Source: Candidatus Cloacimonadota bacterium (GTDB lineage Bacteria > Cloacimonadota > Cloacimonadia > Cloacimonadales > Cloacimonadaceae). Taken from it: 64,000 bases of DNA. Under the pieces are notes generated by a model, which was not told the DNA's origin, ran no database searches, and saw only the letters and a list, made by a program, of their open reading frames with translations. Positions 25,029 to 33,390 of this stretch are shown piece by piece; position 1 is the stretch's first letter; the number at the start of each line of letters is the position of its first letter. The translations under genes were made by a program, and so were the position numbers. Location: contig JAJBAY010000001.1 of assembly GCA_020532515.1 (NCBI GenBank), positions 26,214 to 90,213 of the forward strand, read 5' to 3'.

Positions 25029-28000
25029 ATGAAACAACTGATTTTAGTATGCGTATTACTTAGCGTCGTGACGCTACTTTTGGCCGCAGGTCCCGTCCAG
25101 GTCCAGGAATCTCACGCCCAAGGCCTGTCCTTGAGATTCTCAGCTCCCGAGCTTGAGCTTTCGTCTCAGAAAGTGGGTTCACAGGATTATCATGTTTTAA
25201 AGATGGGCTCGGGGAGCTCTTCGGTAGAGCCCGGCCTTCCTGATTTACCGGTGTTTAGCACCAGCATTATCCTGCCAGCCTCTGGCTCTTATACTTTGAA
25301 TGTGCAAACTCTTAGCCAGAAGAAGTTGCAAGGTATTCATCCTTTACCTGTGTTTGCAGATGATGAGAGCCCTGGTGAGTATGACCTCTCCAAATACTAT
25401 ACTGCCGAGCTGCAACCTGTGGTGCAATCCTCTGGCGTCAGCGTGCTCAGAGACTTCCGGATTCTGAGCCTCAGCATTCACCCCGTCCAGTGGAATGCTA
25501 AAAAAGGCGAGCTCACAGTGTACGAAGATGTGGTTATCGAAGTGGATTTTACCAATGAAACAAGTGATACAGACATGGCTGCTTACACCAGCTATTCTCC
25601 TGCATTCAGAAATATCTATGCCGCCAATCTGATCAATTTTGACGATTACCGTTACCTGAATCTCACCCAAGCTTATGGCAGGATTCTGATGATTCGTGCC
25701 AATAACACCAATGCTACCTATATCTCAAAGATAGAAGAATTTGCCGATTGGAAAAGAATGAAGGGGCATGAGGTAAACCTGGTCAATGTTCAACAAGCCG
25801 GATCCTCCAGTTCTGCCATCAAGAATTATATTCAAGCCCAATATGACAACCTCAATACCCGGCCTGATTTTGTGATCCTGATCGGTGATACTCCTCAGAT
25901 TCCCACTTTTTACGAAAGCAGCGGGGAAGGGGATTACCCTTATACCTTCCTGGCCGGCAATGATATGCTGGGAGATGTATTTATCGGTAGAATATCAGTG
26001 GAAACGGTAGATCAATTGCTCACAGTACTGGCCAAGATCTATAGCTATGAAAGGGATATCTACACCGGTGGCGTAGCCGCCAATTGGCTAAACCGCATTC
26101 TACTGGTCGGAGACACCGGCATATCGGGAATATCTTGTATGTATAATAGCTTATACATCAAAGAATTGGCCGCGAGGGCGAATCCTGATTACACCTTTAT
26201 CGAAAACTACACTGGAGGATTCCCTTCCTCCATCAATACCGGGATCAATCAAGGAGTGAATTTCTTTAGTTATCGAGGCTGGATCAATATGAGTGGCTGG
26301 AGCCCCAGCGGATCCCTCGTAAACAATCCCCGCCTTCCGCATGCGGTGATGCTTACCTGCGGCACCGGTAATTTTGCCGGTTCAGGCGCCACAACCTCAG
26401 AAGCCTTCATAAGACTAGGTACTTCTGCCAATCCCAGCGGCGCTGTCACTGCCATAGGCATGGCTACCAGCAGCACACATACCATGTTTAACAATGCCCT
26501 CAATGCCGGTATCTTCAATGGTATCTTTGCTCATGATATGCGCACCATGGGAGAAGCTCTCTTAAATGGCCGTCTCTTTATCAATCAAACTTATGGCGCC
26601 AGTCATTCCGCTGGGGCAAAAAGCTCTGCCCATTGGTGTAATCTGATGGGAGATCCCAGCATGGAAGTCTTTGTAGGCATTCCGGGCAATCTGCAGATTG
26701 AAGCTCCGGATTCCCTGCCCTTGGGCAGTACGACGATGGACGTCAGAATTCTGGATGATAGCTCCATTGGGCTTGCGGATGTAAATGTAACCGCCTACAA
26801 TACGTCAAGTTCGCAGCTTGTGGCCCGGGGTTATACTGACTCTGATGGTTACGTAAGCCTTTTTATTGGCTCAGGTATGCAGGGGAATATCAAGATCACC
26901 GCAGCCAAGCCCGACAAAAAGCCCGCTTTCCAGACGGTGTATGTTGCAGAAGGTGGCATAGTATATTATGATAAGGTGTTGTATGATAATGGAGAATATG
27001 GTTCTAGCGGGAACTCAGATAGCTTCGCCCAAGCTGGTGAGACCATCGCTTTGATGCTGACTGTGAAAAACACTACACAATCAGCTTTGACCGGAATCAG
27101 CGCGAGCGTATCTTGTGACGATGCATATATCCAACTTCAGACCAATACCATTAGTTTTGGAGATATTCCCGCCTCCGGGCATTTAATAGCCAACGCTCCG
27201 GTACTCATGACTCTTGCTAATAATCTACCGGCTCAGCGTGATATCCGCCTGGTTTTTGAATTTAGCGATGCCTCAGGTGGTAATCACGTATTCCCAATGC
27301 ACATAGCTGCATACAACGCTTTGCTGAAAGTGGAAGCGGTGAATATCCTCGCCGGAGGCAATAGTATCTTAGACCCCAACGAAAATGGCACGCTTCAGCT
27401 GGGTATTCGCAATCAATCTATAGCCTCGGTGAATGATGTCTCAGCGCAGCTCTATTCGCTGGACGATCTGGTACAGGTGCAGCAGAACCAAGCCTATGTA
27501 GGCAGCATTGCGGCAGGGTCTATGATATTTGCCCTCGAGAGTTTTGAAGTCTATGCGCGCCCTCTGCTTATTCCGGGGATGCAGATTCCATTTAGAGTGC
27601 ATTTGAGTAGCACCAGCGGCTTTGAGCAAGATGTTTATTTCAATGTCAACATAGGGAACGTTACACAAAATACACCTTTGGGCCCGGATAGCTATGGCTA
27701 TTTTATCTATGACGAAAGCGATACGGCCTATGAGGATTGTCCCAGCTATGAATGGATTGAAATCCATCCCAGTCAGGGAGGAGGGGGCACTTTACTTAGT
27801 ACACTAAACGATTCCGGGGTGTCCGGTGAAGAAGGTGAACAAGTTGGCAGCAATGCTTTGGAAGTAGTCAATTTGCCCTTTGACTTTAGTTTTTACGGCG
27901 AAACCTATAATCAAATCACCGTTTGTGTAAATGGTTTTATCGTCATGGGGATTACAGAAAACCCTGAATTCAGGAATTGCAGACTGCCTGCAGGAATTGG

Positions 28001-30437
28001 ACCTGCTCCCATGATCGCTCCTTTCTGGGACGATCTTATCCTCATCGGCGATGCTGGAATATATCAATATTATGATGCCGATGAACATCGGTTTATCATC
28101 GAGTATTACAAGCTGCGTAATGGCTATAACCGTACCTCACTTGAGACTTTTCAGGTGATATTCTATGATCCCATGTACCATCAAACCAGCTTGGGCGATG
28201 GCAAGATCAAGTTTCAATATAAGGACTTTAACAATGTAGATGTGGGTGGTAGTGGATACTCTCCCCGGCATGGAAAATATGCCACCATTGGCATCAAAGA
28301 CCATACCGGCACCCGTGGCTTGGAATATAGCTATGACAATGTATATCCCACTGCGGCAGCACCTCTGAGCCATAATTCAGCGCTGATGATAAACACCGTG
28401 CCCGTATTGCACGAAAGTCCCTATCTCGTGGTGCAGGACCTCATCATCAATGATTCCAATGGCAACGGAATCGTGGAACCCGGAGAAACTGTCGAGCTGG
28501 GTATCCGCCTTCTCAATCAGGGCCTCAATACCGCAGAGAATACCCAGATCAGCGTGAGTATGAATCATCCTTATGCCACTTTAACCAATAGCCAAAGTGC
28601 TTATCCAGAAATTCCCGGCGAAATGGGAGTTGTAAATATCCAGCCCATTGGCATCATCGTGAGTGAGCAGTGTCCTGATGGCAGCCAGCTTCAGCTAAAT
28701 GTGCATGTGGAAACGGGCAACGCTGCCTGGGATTATTCCATCCTGGTACCGGTACATAAACCAGCTATAGAAATCAGCAGCTACTATATGAATGACGCTC
28801 AAGGCAACGCCAACGGCATGGTAGATCCTGGTGAAAGCTTTGATCTGGTGGTCAATTTTGCCAATAAAAACCTAGTGGATGCTCACAATATTACCGCCAA
28901 TCTCATGAGCACGTCTCAGCATGTAACTATTCTAAACTCCGGCTTGCTCTTGCCCAAAATCCCAGCTGGCTCAATTACCCAAGCGAAATATGAAATCAGC
29001 ATCTCACCTGAAGCACCCATGGGCAACAATTTAAGCTTTTATCTCACCTATCTGGGAAACCTCGTTCCTGCCACAAACAATCATTTATTTATTAGCATCG
29101 GCACCACCGGTATGAGCCAGGATTTTGAAGATAACAATGGCAATTTCCAGCCCAATCCCACAAGCAACGCCTGGCAGTGGGGGAGTTCCAGTGCTGTTCC
29201 TGCCCATAGTGGTGACAAGCTCTGGGGCACCCGCCTCGATTCCAGCTATAGTGCAAATGCAAACTATAAGCTTAGCACTCCGGCCATTTATATTGGCGCT
29301 GATTTTGCCTTGGAATTTTGGCATTATTTTGATACTGAAGCGAATTACGATGGTGGTAACGTGCAAATATCTACAGATTCAGGCAATAACTGGCAAGTGA
29401 TTCCTCCCACAGGTGGATATACTAATTCTTTCCTCAATGCCTTGAATGGGCCTGGTTTTTCAGGCAACAGCAATGGTTGGGTCAAATCCTCCTTCCCGCT
29501 CTCAGCATATAGCAATCAAAACGTGATCTTCCGTTTCGTTTTTGCCTCCGATAGCAGCAACCACGGTCAGGGCTGGTTTATAGACGATGTGCGGACTTCC
29601 GGATATATTGAGTATGCTGGCATGGTAAGCGGGCAGATCCTAAGCTCCGATCCTGCGATCGATTTTGAAAGCATTTGCATCAGCAATGCCGACGCGATCT
29701 TAAGTACTGCAGATGAGAGCGGCAACTATAATCTCTATTTGCCCATGGGCCTGCAATATGTCTCAGCTACAGCAGAAGGCTATCATAGCATAGACCCAGT
29801 GGCTATCGGGCTGAGCGAAGAATTTGCAGTAGCTATTCAGGACTTTTATCTGGGCTATTTCAAGCCTGCCTCAAATGTGGTTCACAATGTGAATATTGAC
29901 TTTCTGACCTTGAGTTGGGATGCGCCCGCAGATTCTGAATACCCAGTGCTGGGATACGAGGTTTACAAGCGCTTTGGCGCAGGAGCCTTTGAGATGATTA
30001 GTACAGTGCAGCAGCCCTTGTATCATGAAACCCTGGAGGTTTCTGGAGAGTATAAATACTACATCCGTGTCCTTTACCCCGAAGGAGAGTCCAAACCCAC
30101 ACCTACTCTAAGCTTTTATTGGGGGGGAGTGGACAATCCTGATCAGCCTTTGCCTGTAGCCATTACCGGTTTACAGAGGAACTATCCCAATCCCTTCAAT
30201 CCCACCACCACAATTTGCTTTACCCTGGCAGATGCCTCACCGGTGCGTCTTTCGATCTACAACCTCAAGGGACAACAAGTAGCATCTCTGATGAATGCAA
30301 GCCTCAGCCCGGGCGAGTATCGTAAAATCTGGAATGCAGTGGACGAACGCGGTCGCCCCGTGAGCTCTGGAATATATCTGATCAGACTCGAAACCAATAG
30401 CGGTGTCTTTACTCAAAAAGCTATGCTGATGAAGTAA
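25029..30437 (+). CDS. giant C25 (gingipain-like) family surface protein with choice-of-anchor-J/MAM-like, CarboxypepD_reg-like and FN3 segments and a T9SS-type sorting tail
   Basis: ATG at 25029 gives signal peptide MKQLILVCVLLSVVTLLLAAG. The C25 block is FVILIGDTPQIPTF ... FFSYRGWINMSGW ... AVMLTCGTGNF ... LMGDPSMEVF. The C-terminal tail is NYPNPFNPTTTI...IYNLKGQQV...SGIYLIRL...KAMLMK. Confidence 0.85.
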   Translation: MKQLILVCVLLSVVTLLLAAGPVQVQESHAQGLSLRFSAPELELSSQKVGSQDYHVLKMGSGSSSVEPGLPDLPVFSTSIILPASGSYTLNVQTLSQKKLQGIHPLPVFADDESPGEYDLSKYYTAELQPVVQSSGVSVLRDFRILSLSIHPVQWNAKKGELTVYEDVVIEVDFTNETSDTDMAAYTSYSPAFRNIYAANLINFDDYRYLNLTQAYGRILMIRANNTNATYISKIEEFADWKRMKGHEVNLVNVQQAGSSSSAIKNYIQAQYDNLNTRPDFVILIGDTPQIPTFYESSGEGDYPYTFLAGNDMLGDVFIGRISVETVDQLLTVLAKIYSYERDIYTGGVAANWLNRILLVGDTGISGISCMYNSLYIKELAARANPDYTFIENYTGGFPSSINTGINQGVNFFSYRGWINMSGWSPSGSLVNNPRLPHAVMLTCGTGNFAGSGATTSEAFIRLGTSANPSGAVTAIGMATSSTHTMFNNALNAGIFNGIFAHDMRTMGEALLNGRLFINQTYGASHSAGAKSSAHWCNLMGDPSMEVFVGIPGNLQIEAPDSLPLGSTTMDVRILDDSSIGLADVNVTAYNTSSSQLVARGYTDSDGYVSLFIGSGMQGNIKITAAKPDKKPAFQTVYVAEGGIVYYDKVLYDNGEYGSSGNSDSFAQAGETIALMLTVKNTTQSALTGISASVSCDDAYIQLQTNTISFGDIPASGHLIANAPVLMTLANNLPAQRDIRLVFEFSDASGGNHVFPMHIAAYNALLKVEAVNILAGGNSILDPNENGTLQLGIRNQSIASVNDVSAQLYSLDDLVQVQQNQAYVGSIAAGSMIFALESFEVYARPLLIPGMQIPFRVHLSSTSGFEQDVYFNVNIGNVTQNTPLGPDSYGYFIYDESDTAYEDCPSYEWIEIHPSQGGGGTLLSTLNDSGVSGEEGEQVGSNALEVVNLPFDFSFYGETYNQITVCVNGFIVMGITENPEFRNCRLPAGIGPAPMIAPFWDDLILIGDAGIYQYYDADEHRFIIEYYKLRNGYNRTSLETFQVIFYDPMYHQTSLGDGKIKFQYKDFNNVDVGGSGYSPRHGKYATIGIKDHTGTRGLEYSYDNVYPTAAAPLSHNSALMINTVPVLHESPYLVVQDLIINDSNGNGIVEPGETVELGIRLLNQGLNTAENTQISVSMNHPYATLTNSQSAYPEIPGEMGVVNIQPIGIIVSEQCPDGSQLQLNVHVETGNAAWDYSILVPVHKPAIEISSYYMNDAQGNANGMVDPGESFDLVVNFANKNLVDAHNITANLMSTSQHVTILNSGLLLPKIPAGSITQAKYEISISPEAPMGNNLSFYLTYLGNLVPATNNHLFISIGTTGMSQDFEDNNGNFQPNPTSNAWQWGSSSAVPAHSGDKLWGTRLDSSYSANANYKLSTPAIYIGADFALEFWHYFDTEANYDGGNVQISTDSGNNWQVIPPTGGYTNSFLNALNGPGFSGNSNGWVKSSFPLSAYSNQNVIFRFVFASDSSNHGQGWFIDDVRTSGYIEYAGMVSGQILSSDPAIDFESICISNADAILSTADESGNYNLYLPMGLQYVSATAEGYHSIDPVAIGLSEEFAVAIQDFYLGYFKPASNVVHNVNIDFLTLSWDAPADSEYPVLGYEVYKRFGAGAFEMISTVQQPLYHETLEVSGEYKYYIRVLYPEGESKPTPTLSFYWGGVDNPDQPLPVAITGLQRNYPNPFNPTTTICFTLADASPVRLSIYNLKGQQVASLMNASLSPGEYRKIWNAVDERGRPVSSGIYLIRLETNSGVFTQKAMLMK

Positions 30438-30529
30438 GGTGTTGCAGCCCAGACCTCGGTCAGGGTTCTTTACCTGGACTTTCCAGCCGGGCCCCGATAA
30501 ATATTGATAGGCGGCTCCTGCAAGAGCCA

Positions 30530-30630
30530 GCCCTATGCGATAGACACGCTTTTGATGCAGGTTCGACTCGAGCTGACTCGAGCCGAACCTGCGTCAAAGA
30601 CAAATTGAATCGAAGGGTGAGCGTAGGGGC
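30530..30630 (-). repeat. CTCGAG-rich intergenic repeat, copy B (reverse orientation)
   Basis: Extended hairpin GCAGGTTCG-A-CTCGAG-CTGA-CTCGAG-C-CGAACCTGC at 30557-30592. The flanks align with copies A, C and D. Confidence 0.75.
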
Positions 30631-30832
30631 AGACTTACGTTCTACCAAAACATGGATTATCGAAAGGATATTCGTTCAAAGCGCTTGCTCTGAAAGAAAG
30701 TAGAAGATTTTTATTGACACAAAATGCCTTTATGAAAATATGGTTAGAAATGAAGCCGTCTGCTTCAGCCTTGCTGCCTTAAATGTGTGTGTAAGGCTCA
30801 GAAATACTGAATATCAGTACATTATTTACTGT

Positions 30833-30877
30833 GGAACAGGCGGAATTTCCTTTGGAGATTTCGCCTGTTCCATTTTA
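30833..30877 (+). promoter_or_regulatory. leader hairpin + short U-run upstream of infC (candidate attenuator)
   Basis: GGAACAGGCG...CGCCTGTTCC stem (30833-30871) followed by ATTTTAA, lying between a TTGACA box (30714) and the infC SD (30888). Confidence 0.4.
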
Positions 30878-30902
30878 ACCGGTAAAGAAGGAGGTTCTTA
30901 TA

Positions 30903-31607
30903 ATCCGGATTAAACGTTTCAAGGCAAGGACCAAAGAAGTTGTGCCGAAAGAAAGAATTAACCATCAGATCACTGCGGACAAAGTTCGCCTGATCGATTC
31001 TGATGGCAAGCAGGTTGGTGTTTTGTCCTTACGCGATGCTCAGCATAGGGCAGATGAAGCTGGATTGGATTTGGTGGAAATATCACCCACAGCAAACCCA
31101 CCCGTTTGCCGACTCTTGGATTTTGGTAAATACTATTTCCAAAAAGAAAAGAAGGCTCGCGAAGCCAAAAAAAGACAGCATGAAGTTGAGGTAAAGGAAA
31201 TCAAATTTGGTCCCAATACCGAAGAACACGATTATAACTTCAAGAAAAACAATGCGATTAAATTTTTAAAACAGCACAACAAGGTGAAATTCACCGTTCG
31301 TTTCCGGGGCCGCCAAATGGCGCATAAGGAATTGGGATATAAGATATTGGATAAGATCAAAGCTGATCTTGCTCATATCGCTGATGTCGATCAGGAACCG
31401 ATGAGCGACCGCAATCTACTTTCGATAGTGGTCTCACCCAAAAAAGATATTGACCAAATCCTGAAAACTACGCCCAAAGCGGGTGAAACTACAGATGGCG
31501 CAGAAGCTACAGACATTACTGAAAATGCGCAGGCCACTGAAGCCACAGGAATCGTTGAAACCGTGGAAGCCCAGGAAAGCACTCAGCCCGAGACCATAGA
31601 AAGCTAA
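30903..31607 (+). CDS. infC: translation initiation factor IF-3
   Basis: RINHQI...VRLIDSDGKQVGV...LDLVEISPTANPPVCRLLDFGKY is unmistakably IF3. The 5' end is uncertain. The strong SD AAGGAGGT at 30888-30895 is followed by in-frame ATA 30900, ATC 30903 and ATT 30909. The first canonical start, GTG at 30942, has no SD. The C-terminal ~45 aa form an acidic Thr/Glu-rich tail. Confidence 0.85.
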   Translation: MRIKRFKARTKEVVPKERINHQITADKVRLIDSDGKQVGVLSLRDAQHRADEAGLDLVEISPTANPPVCRLLDFGKYYFQKEKKAREAKKRQHEVEVKEIKFGPNTEEHDYNFKKNNAIKFLKQHNKVKFTVRFRGRQMAHKELGYKILDKIKADLAHIADVDQEPMSDRNLLSIVVSPKKDIDQILKTTPKAGETTDGAEATDITENAQATEATGIVETVEAQESTQPETIES

Positions 31608-31688
31608 TAGAATATAACCCAGCCAGTTGCGCATCCTGAAAGATGTGTCAGGGCTGTGATGATATAGAGAAATTCAAGGAGATATAAA

Positions 31689-31883
31689 ATGCCAAAGATC
31701 AAAACTAATCGATCTGCCGCTAAGCGCTTTAAGCTAACCGGCTCCGGGAAGATAGTGCGCCATCATGCAAAAACTGGCCACATCAAGACCAAGAAATCAC
31801 CAAAATTGAAACGTAACCTTCGTGCCAGCGCCATCGTCGCAAAATGTGATGAAGGTAGAATTTACCGCATGCTGGGATTGTAA
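31689..31883 (+). CDS. rpmI: 50S ribosomal protein L35
   Basis: [22 protein letters not shown]... 64 aa, positioned between infC and rplT. Confidence 0.95.
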   Translation: MPKIKTNRSAAKRFKLTGSGKIVRHHAKTGHIKTKKSPKLKRNLRASAIVAKCDEGRIYRMLGL

Positions 31884-31896
31884 AGGAGAATAAGAA

Positions 31897-32247
31897 ATGC
31901 CAAGAAGTGCAAATAACGTAGCAGCCCATCGTAGAAGAAAAAAATATATGCTCGCAGCCAGAGGCTACTTTGGTCGCAGAAGTAAAACATATCGTGTAGC
32001 ACGTCAGACCGTTGAACGTGCTATGGCCTTCTCCTTTGCTCATCGCAAGCTGAAAAAACGCCAGTTCCGCAGCCTGTGGATCACCCGCATAAATGCCGCC
32101 TGTCGCTTGAACGACATGAGCTATAGCAAGTTTATCAATGGACTTCACAAGTCCAATATCGAGATAAACCGCAAGACCTTGGCTCATCTGGCCTGGCATG
32201 ACGCTGGTGCTTTTGCCCGCCTGGTAGAGATCGCCAAAAGTATCTAA
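31897..32247 (+). CDS. rplT: 50S ribosomal protein L20
   Basis: MPRSANNVAAHRRRKKYMLAARGYFG...LWITRINAA, 116 aa. Confidence 0.95.
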   Translation: MPRSANNVAAHRRRKKYMLAARGYFGRRSKTYRVARQTVERAMAFSFAHRKLKKRQFRSLWITRINAACRLNDMSYSKFINGLHKSNIEINRKTLAHLAWHDAGAFARLVEIAKSI

Positions 32248-32303
32248 TAAACACAAAAGCAAATGAGTCCATATTTGGGACCTTTGCCCAATAATATAAA
32301 AAT

Positions 32304-32328
32304 GCGGTTTGACTAAAAACCGCTTTTT
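32304..32328 (+). terminator. rho-independent terminator after rplT
   Basis: GCGGTTT-GACTAA-AAACCGC followed by TTTTT. Confidence 0.7.
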
Positions 32329-32364
32329 ATCTATCACAGCTAAGCTTCATATAAGGAAAGAACA

Positions 32365-33390
32365 TTGCAAGAACAGCTTGAACTTCTAATCAAGGAAGCG
32401 GAGCAAGAGATTGGCAATTGCTCCGGTGTAAACGATATACTCAATGCCAAAGCCAAATATTTGGGCAAGAAAAGCATGCTGAATGGCTTTTATGGCAAAA
32501 TGAAAGAACTTGATGCCGAGCAGCGTCCAGCTTTTGGCGATCAGCTAAATTCTGTGCGCAAGCAGATCGAAACTCTGCTAAGTGCCCGCTCGAAGGCCAT
32601 CCAGGAAAGCACTTGGGAAAAAAGTCGTGTGGATTTTGATCCCAGTATGCCGGGAATCGCTTTGGGACGAGGCGGCTATCACCCCTTAAGCATTATCCGT
32701 CGCCAGATCGACGAAGTATTTATCAGCATGGGTTTTGAGATAGCTGAAGCCAATGAGATCGAGGACGAATTTCACAATTTTGACGCTCTCAACACCCCCA
32801 AAGATCATCCCTCCCGCAATCTGGCAGATACCTTTTATGTGGATGGTGGGATGCTACTGCGGACCCAGACCTCTCCTGTGCAAATCAGGGTGATGGAAAA
32901 GCATAAGCCGCCCATCCGAATCATTTCTCCTGGACGCTGTTATCGAAATGACAAACCGGATCCCTCACATTCACCCGTCTTTCATCAGGTGGAAGCACTC
33001 GTGGTGGATAAGGGCATCAGTATGGCTGATCTGCAGGATACTTTGCAAAACTTTGCCAGCATCATGTTTGGCACAGACGTGAAAAGCCGCATCAGGCCAC
33101 ATTTCTTTCCCTTTACCGAACCTTCTGCGGAGATGGATATATCCTGCGTGGCTTGTGGTGGCCAGGGCTGTCGGATCTGTAAACAGTCCGGTTGGTTGGA
33201 AATGGGTGGTGCCGGAATGGTGGATCCCGCCGTCTTTGATACCCTGGGCATAGATTCGGAAATCTACACCGGATTTGCCTTTGGACTGGGCATCGAACGC
33301 ATAGCCATGCTCAAATACAATATTCCGGATATGCGGATTCTATTTGAGAACGATCTCAGGATGCTAAGACAATTCAGAGGAGAGCTATAA
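32365..33390 (+). CDS. pheS: phenylalanine--tRNA ligase alpha subunit
   Basis: 341 aa with class II motifs (FYVDGGMLLRTQTSPVQIR, GRCYRND, GFAFGLGIERIAML). The TTG start follows AAGGAAAG. Confidence 0.95.
   Translation: MQEQLELLIKEAEQEIGNCSGVNDILNAKAKYLGKKSMLNGFYGKMKELDAEQRPAFGDQLNSVRKQIETLLSARSKAIQESTWEKSRVDFDPSMPGIALGRGGYHPLSIIRRQIDEVFISMGFEIAEANEIEDEFHNFDALNTPKDHPSRNLADTFYVDGGMLLRTQTSPVQIRVMEKHKPPIRIISPGRCYRNDKPDPSHSPVFHQVEALVVDKGISMADLQDTLQNFASIMFGTDVKSRIRPHFFPFTEPSAEMDISCVACGGQGCRICKQSGWLEMGGAGMVDPAVFDTLGIDSEIYTGFAFGLGIERIAMLKYNIPDMRILFENDLRMLRQFRGEL

Noticed and set aside
31783-32337. 184-aa minus-strand ORF
   Set aside because: Antisense to rpmI/rplT, which are unambiguous ribosomal protein genes.
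32248-32364. Possible T-box leader upstream of pheS
   Set aside because: Only 117 nt are available, and most of that is the rplT terminator hairpin. That is too short for a T-box (specifier loop plus antiterminator), and I saw no T-box sequence motif.
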